Assembly: GCA_964016885.1 (NCBI GenBank) | Contig: OZ024746.1 | Coordinates: forward strand, 53,196,001-53,260,000 | Reading direction: 5' to 3' | DNA: 64,000 nucleotides | Origin: Eledone cirrhosa | Lineage: Eukaryota | In this document: piece after piece, positions 57,005-64,000 of the stretch | Position numbering within the stretch: the stretch's first letter is position 1 | How the letters are laid out: each line of letters starts with the position of its first letter | Made by a program: the position numbers and the translations under genes | The notes under the pieces: model-generated | The model's input: only the letters and a program-made list of their open reading frames with translations | The model's database searches: none | Told to the model about the DNA's origin: nothing

Positions 57005-58370
57005 TATTGGCAGAGGATGAAAGGCAAGGCCAACCTCAGTGGGATTTGAACTCAGAACGTAAAGGGCTGTAACTATGTGCTGCAAAGCATGTTGTCTGAC
57101 ACACTACCAATACTGCCCTTACTAGTATTACTACTACTACTAACGATAATTGTTTCTAACAGGTACAAAGCTAGCAATTTAGAGGAGAGGGAAGTCAATT
57201 ATATAAATTTCAGTATTATACTAATACTTTATCAGTCCCTAGAAGGATGATAAGTTAAACATAACCTCTGAATGTAAATGGCTTCAATTAAATGCCACCA
57301 CACAAGCCGTCCAGTGACCTAGCGATTCTTCTTTCCCACTAACTTATGTAACAATAACAAATGTGTTCCACTGGGGTTTGATTATTCGCAGGTGCCTCTG
57401 TCCGCTTTTCATCTACAGGGGTAATTTATCTGATTTTCTCAACTATTATTTATTATGGACGTACACATAAAATATCTGCTTTGTTTTTAATAATTGTTTC
57501 TACTATAGACATGAGGCCAGAATTTTTGGAGGAGGAGTCAATTAAATCGACCCAGTGCATGACTAGTACTTTATTTTATCAACCCCATAAGGATAAAAAG
57601 CAAAGCTAACCTCAGCAGGATTTGAAATCAGAATGTAAAGGGCCGTAACTATGCTGTGAACCATGGTGTCCAACGTTCTACCGATACTACCAATCCACCG
57701 CCCTTTCTAATAATTGTTTCTACTTTTGGCACAAGGCCAGCACTTATCCCAGTAAGGATGAAAGGCAAAGTTAACCACCCTTTCTAATAGTGATGACAAA
57801 TATTAATATTTGCTGAATAACTTGTTTACATTGCATCCACTCCTAGATTAAGGCCTCACTTTGTCATGGTTCTCAATGTTCCAATGACAATAGGCAAAAT
57901 TATGACCAAGAATTATCAGGAAATTCCTTGACACAAACTGAAAACAACTATGAACAGTAATGGAAGATAATAGGAGAAAGGACAATAATACTTCTCCTGG
58001 CCATAACATCAATACTATGACTACAATGATTATAAGGATTTCTGATTCAGGCACAAGGCCAACAATTTGGAGGGAAGGGAAAGTCGAATTTATTGACATG
58101 AGGGCATTACTGGTACTTTTTTTTATTGACCCCATAAGGACGAAAGGCAAAGCTAACCTTGGCAGGATTTGAACTCAGAACGTAAATAGTCGTAACTATG
58201 CTGGTAAGCATGATGTCTGACGCCCTACCGATTCTGCCAAATTTCTAATTTAGGGACAAGAGCAGAAATTTCGAGGGAGAAAAGTCAATTATATCAACTC
58301 CAATATTTTATTTTATCAACCCCAGAAAGATGAAAGGCAAAGTTGACCTTCGCAGGATTTGAACTCAAAA
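57005..58370 (-). mobile_element. Cluster of about six SINE A copies
   Basis: Repeated core and B-box motifs, all on the minus strand. Confidence 0.8.
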
Positions 58371-58970
58371 TAATAATACTTCCTTTAAAGACCAAAGTCG
58401 GTAGATTCTGAAATACTATTGATTATGTCAATAACAGTACTTCAGTCAGTAATTCTGTCAGACAAAATGCAAGCTGACACTTGAAACCAGAACATGAAAT
58501 GTTACAGCCGAATAACCAGGAATCTTATCCAGTACTCTACCAATTCAATCACTGGAAGCTGCTATGTAATCTCTCAGCCAGCTAGAAATAGCGGCCAAAC
58601 CTTAAAATCTCAGCCTACCATCTTAATAAAGAAAGGTCACACAGGGTAATGTTGTCCAGGATATGTTATTTGAATGAGGGTGATCAGGTCTGTTTGATCG
58701 GGGCTTTACCAAGCCAAACAACATTATCTATAAATAATTTCTATCAATGTCAATGTCACAAAGGCAGAAATTGTGGAAGAAAGGAACCACCATATATGTA
58801 TCATCCTTAGTATATGACTGGTACTTTATTTCATCGAAACTGAACAATAAAAGCTAAGTCGGCCTCAGTGAGATTTGAACTCTGTCCAATGTCCTATCAA
58901 TTCCCTAATGACCAATCAACATCTTCCATTAATTAAGGTAACGCGTTTATACATGAAACATACTGGGTGT

Positions 58971-59024
<54 letters not shown>

Positions 59025-59456
59025 ATATATATACATACACACACACACACACACACATATATAGATAGAGGGTGATTTAGCCTTGATGAACATGAGAATA
59101 AGTACTCAATACCAGTGTAGAGAGTGATTAATAGTTTATTAAGGTTGATCCAGTGGCCTGTTACTTTGGAGTTTCTCCACCTTATAGGTTCTTCAGTTTA
59201 GGACTGTCTGAGGAACCTGAAGCATACAGAAAAGATTCTGGGGTAACAGACTACTGGATCAACCTTAGAAAACTAAATGTGTGTGTGTACCATTGAAGGA
59301 TTTTGAAATGATTGGTAGCCATACTGTCAAGGACAGAAATAATGGAGCATAGGGTCAATATGCTCTGCATAAAATATCACTATATATATATATATATATA
59401 AATGCAAGGTTCAGGTGCATGTGTTTGTATGTTTTACACACACACATATGAATTGG

Positions 59457-59509
<53 letters not shown>

Positions 59510-61336
59510 TATACATACACAAAAAACAAGACATAACACATAATGAAGATGTTGCCCAAAGAGACATGGGTTGAATTCCTGCCGGACTCTTTGTCACTAA
59601 CTTTTTCATTGTATATCTGTAGATTATTACAGGATATCATTATACATATATATATATATATATATATGTGGGTGTGTATATATATATATATATATACACA
59701 TACATACACGTGTATATGTGTGCATATATACACATGTATGTGTGCATATATATACATGTATGTGTGCATATATATATGCATATAAATATACATATATATA
59801 TATTTATATATACATATATATGTATATATATATATATTTATATATACATATATATATTTATAAATATGCACACACACCATTTTACAAATGTAACTTTTGT
59901 TGTTTGTATACCAAATAGATTTGTTTAAAGAACAAAATTTTATAATTTGAAATTAAAAGAAAAAACATTTAATTATATGGATCCATGTAGAAATTGGTTT
60001 CATTACAAAGCAATACACTTTGTAAGTGGGGAAGAACCCCTCATTAGTATTTGGAGGTAAAGGAAATGACAAGAACACTAGAAATTATAATGGTGCATCT
60101 GTACTAAGTAAATTAATGGATATTTGTATGGGTTTATAAATGTATAGGTTTAAAACAAAATCTGCCTGAAACAGGCACTATTAAAGTCTTTAAATTTAAC
60201 CCTTGGACTGAAATCTCGTAATATGACAATATTAGACTGCAGCAGTTATATTAACCTGCTGGACACTATAGGCACATTATGTCGTCAATGGAGTAATCTC
60301 CCCTTAACACATAATGCAGTGTCAAGGGCAGTAATTCATGAAGATTTCTAAAGAATAAGTCAAAGGTTAGCTATTTCACTAAATCTCCCTTCATTCTAGA
60401 TTACTTTGATGATTAAAACATCAAAGCAGTATGTTCTGCAAACAAATACGGCTACAAAAGCATTCAATTACAGATTGGGTGTTATGAATTAAATCTTTTA
60501 GAGATTACATCATCACCCTAGTAGTTAAGAGAGTTAGGGTCATAATCACAAGGCCAGGGGTTTAATTCCCAGACTAGGTCAGGTGCAGTGTCCTTAAGTA
60601 AGGTACTACATTTCACATTGTGCCAGTTCACTCAACAAGAGTTAGTTATGCAATGGGCTGACATCTCATCTAGGAGGAGCACATTGTTAAAAACATCCAA
60701 CTACCAACTGGTAGTGTTAAACTGGTCAAGATATATAGCAGGAGGAGTAGTGGTGGCAGTGTTGATAGTAAAGTTAATAGCATGTAAGTGCCTGAGTATG
60801 TGTGTACCCTTAAAGTAATTCTCAAGTAGAATCATATGGCACAAAATGTTACATGTCTGGACAATTCAGTTAAGGTACAATTTATTTTGTATTAACATAG
60901 ATGTGGCTGAGTATTCACATGTAAATATACCCTTAATATAAATTACAGGTTGAATCAATGTGATAGAATCAGTGGGACAAGATTGCACTTTAAATTTTAG
61001 GTAGAGTCCATTATCTTTTACAGTGTATTCTCCAGATATAGAAATAGTATGACAATGTTACAAAACTGGCCCTTTCAATTAGAGGTACAATCCATTCTAA
61101 GAGCTTCCATATATTTCTCTTGCAACACTGTCTCCTCAATTTCCCTTGCACCACTAGTCTTTGGTTGTTCAAAAGACATTACCTAAGCTACCATGCTGTG
61201 AAATCAATCCCAGGGCCACATTGCTGTAAAGCAAACTCCTATATTCTTATTTTGGCTCCAGTTTATTTTATTCAGTACAAGTAGATATTAGAAAATTATA
61301 AATAGTCAGTTACTCAGAAAAGAAAGTTGACTTGGG

Positions 61337-62102
<766 letters not shown>

Positions 62103-62107
62103 AAGAA

Positions 62108-62208
62108 AGTAATTTAAGATGATAGTAATTGTGAAAAGGGATTAAAAAAGTAAAGGAATAAAATGCTTATAATGTAACATAAAAATTGAAATGTTGAGAT
62201 AATAGGCA

Positions 62209-62291
<83 letters not shown>

Positions 62292-62392
62292 GTGCCTATT
62301 ATCTCAACATTTCAATTTTTATGTTACATTATAAGCATTTTATTCCTTCACTTTTTTAATCACTTTTCACAATTACTATCATCTTAAATTAC

Positions 62393-62393
<1 letters not shown>
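62108..62393. repeat. Inverted repeat with (TA)n centre
   Basis: About 100-bp arms (agtaatttaagatgatag...ggcacca / tggtgcc...catcttaaattact) with about two mismatches. Confidence 0.92.
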
Positions 62394-62427
<34 letters not shown>

Positions 62428-63523
62428 GTATGTATATATGTGTGTGTATATACATGTACATATGAATAAATATATATATGTATATGAGACACACACACAC
62501 ACACATATATATATGCACTTATATGTGCATATTAAAAAGGTAAAGACCCACTTTGGTCATTACTGAGCATGGGCTTTGTACCTAGAATGTTTCCATTTGA
62601 GAGACAAGAGTGGGCAATGTGGTTCGTGGAAGACCAGCAGCCACCTATGTATACCAGTTTCCCCTCTTCTCCCCACCGATGCCATCCAAGGGAAAGTCTT
62701 ACAGCTTGGAAACAGTGCTGTTGCAACTCATTTCTACAGCTGAGCAAACTGGAGCAATGTGAAATACATTTTGTTCAAAAACACAATGCACTGCATGGTC
62801 TGAGAATTGAACTCACAACCTCTAAGCCACATGCCATCATATATATATATATTCACATATATACCTATATTTATGCCCTTACATTATTTGTCAAATTTTC
62901 AGTCAGGTTTGATTCCAATACAATAATGATAATAATAATAATAATGATAATAATAAAAATAAATGACACACCAATGTTCATTTTATTATATTTACAACCT
63001 GATGCGATATATGTCATATGATGGATGAAGTTGAAATTGATGAAAGCCACAGCATGCATAACTTCATGACAATGTCTTAACAACTGATTTGGGGGGCATT
63101 TCAATAAAAGGGCAAAAAAAAAGTCGATAATTTGTTTGAAATAAAAGCAAATTGTTAGGTTTCTCATACATGACACCCTTTTTTTTTAAATTATTGGTGG
63201 GGCTTTGGGAGTCTTTTGTCCATGAGGGTCCACTTCAGATTGCCACTTTTGACACCAAACAATGAATATGACGGAAATGGAGCCAATTTTTATAAGGGAC
63301 CGTTTATGTATGGGTGTTATGTATGTATATATATATATATATACATATATATGTGTGAGTATGTATGTGAATGTATTGTGGTTACATATGCATGTATTCA
63401 CACACAAATATATTTATATAAAGAAAGACACCAGCCTGATCTCATAGTGGCACCATACATACAATGCACCCTTGAAAACACATACATACACATTTAAAAA
63501 AAACTTTTCCTGTCATTTTTCCT

Positions 63524-63579
<56 letters not shown>

Positions 63580-63649
63580 TGTATATGTATGTATGTATGT
63601 ATGTATATAGCTTTGTTCATTTTAAATATTCTTGGTTCTTTGCTGATAC

Positions 63650-63699
<50 letters not shown>

Positions 63700-63878
63700 G
63701 TGTATACACAAATATATACACACATATATACATGTATATATGCCTATATCTGTATGTGTGTGAGTGTGTGTGTATGTGTGTGTGTGTATATGTATAATTA
63801 TTATTCTATGATTTAAATTATATTAAAATCCTAGGGGTGCCTCTGGATACCAACAGGCTAATTGTAATTGCTCCATAC

Positions 63879-63959
63879 CTGGATAGTAATACCCAGCGGG
63901 GCTTATCGCTGGGAAGCCGCGACCATAGGCGTAGCTAGGAAATCCAGTCGGGAAAAAAC
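63879..63959 (-). CDS. msi: Musashi-family RNA-binding protein, internal coding exon (81 nt, phase 1-1), region just after RRM2
   Basis: Minus strand reads ttttttgcag|GT TTT TTC CCG...TAT CCA G|gtatgg = (G)FFPTGFPSYAYGRGFPAISPAGYYYP(G), recognisably similar to vertebrate MSI2 [26 protein letters not shown]. GC-rich island in AT-rich DNA; too short for the ORF track. Confidence 0.9.
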
Positions 63960-64000
63960 CTGCAAAAAACCAAACAAACAAATATGCGTCATTATAACAA

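Overview
AT-rich, microsatellite-laden animal genomic DNA. The SINE families and simple-repeat content look like an octopus (coleoid cephalopod) genome, which is an inference. Almost all ORFs in the track are microsatellite artefacts. The real gene is the 3' half of a minus-strand, intron-rich musashi (MSI1/MSI2-like RNA-binding protein) gene. Four phase-compatible GT-AG coding exons (63959-63879, 33960-33742, 17688-17501, 16188-16147) translate to ...GFFPTGFPSYAYGRGFPAISPAGYYYP/GFSSFGYLPTP...HRTT/VLNSF...FPAANSPGPIELY...YVQATSPQPSGFGPSITANR/GPLITASYHNGYH*. They are followed by a probable 3'UTR intron and a terminal exon starting at 14734. The RRM exons lie beyond position 64000. The introns hold about 35 copies of one tRNA-derived SINE (nearly all co-oriented with the gene), two other SINE families, TTAA-type MITEs, a decayed piggyBac, two oppositely oriented non-autonomous Helitrons flanking a frame-preserving exon, several near-perfect fold-back palindromes, and palindromic elements with hammerhead-ribozyme-like cores. 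I found no clearly new protein-coding system; the most interesting signals are at the RNA level (alternative C-termini, intronic dsRNA, ribozyme-like motifs). Repeat coordinates and copy counts are by eye and approximate.
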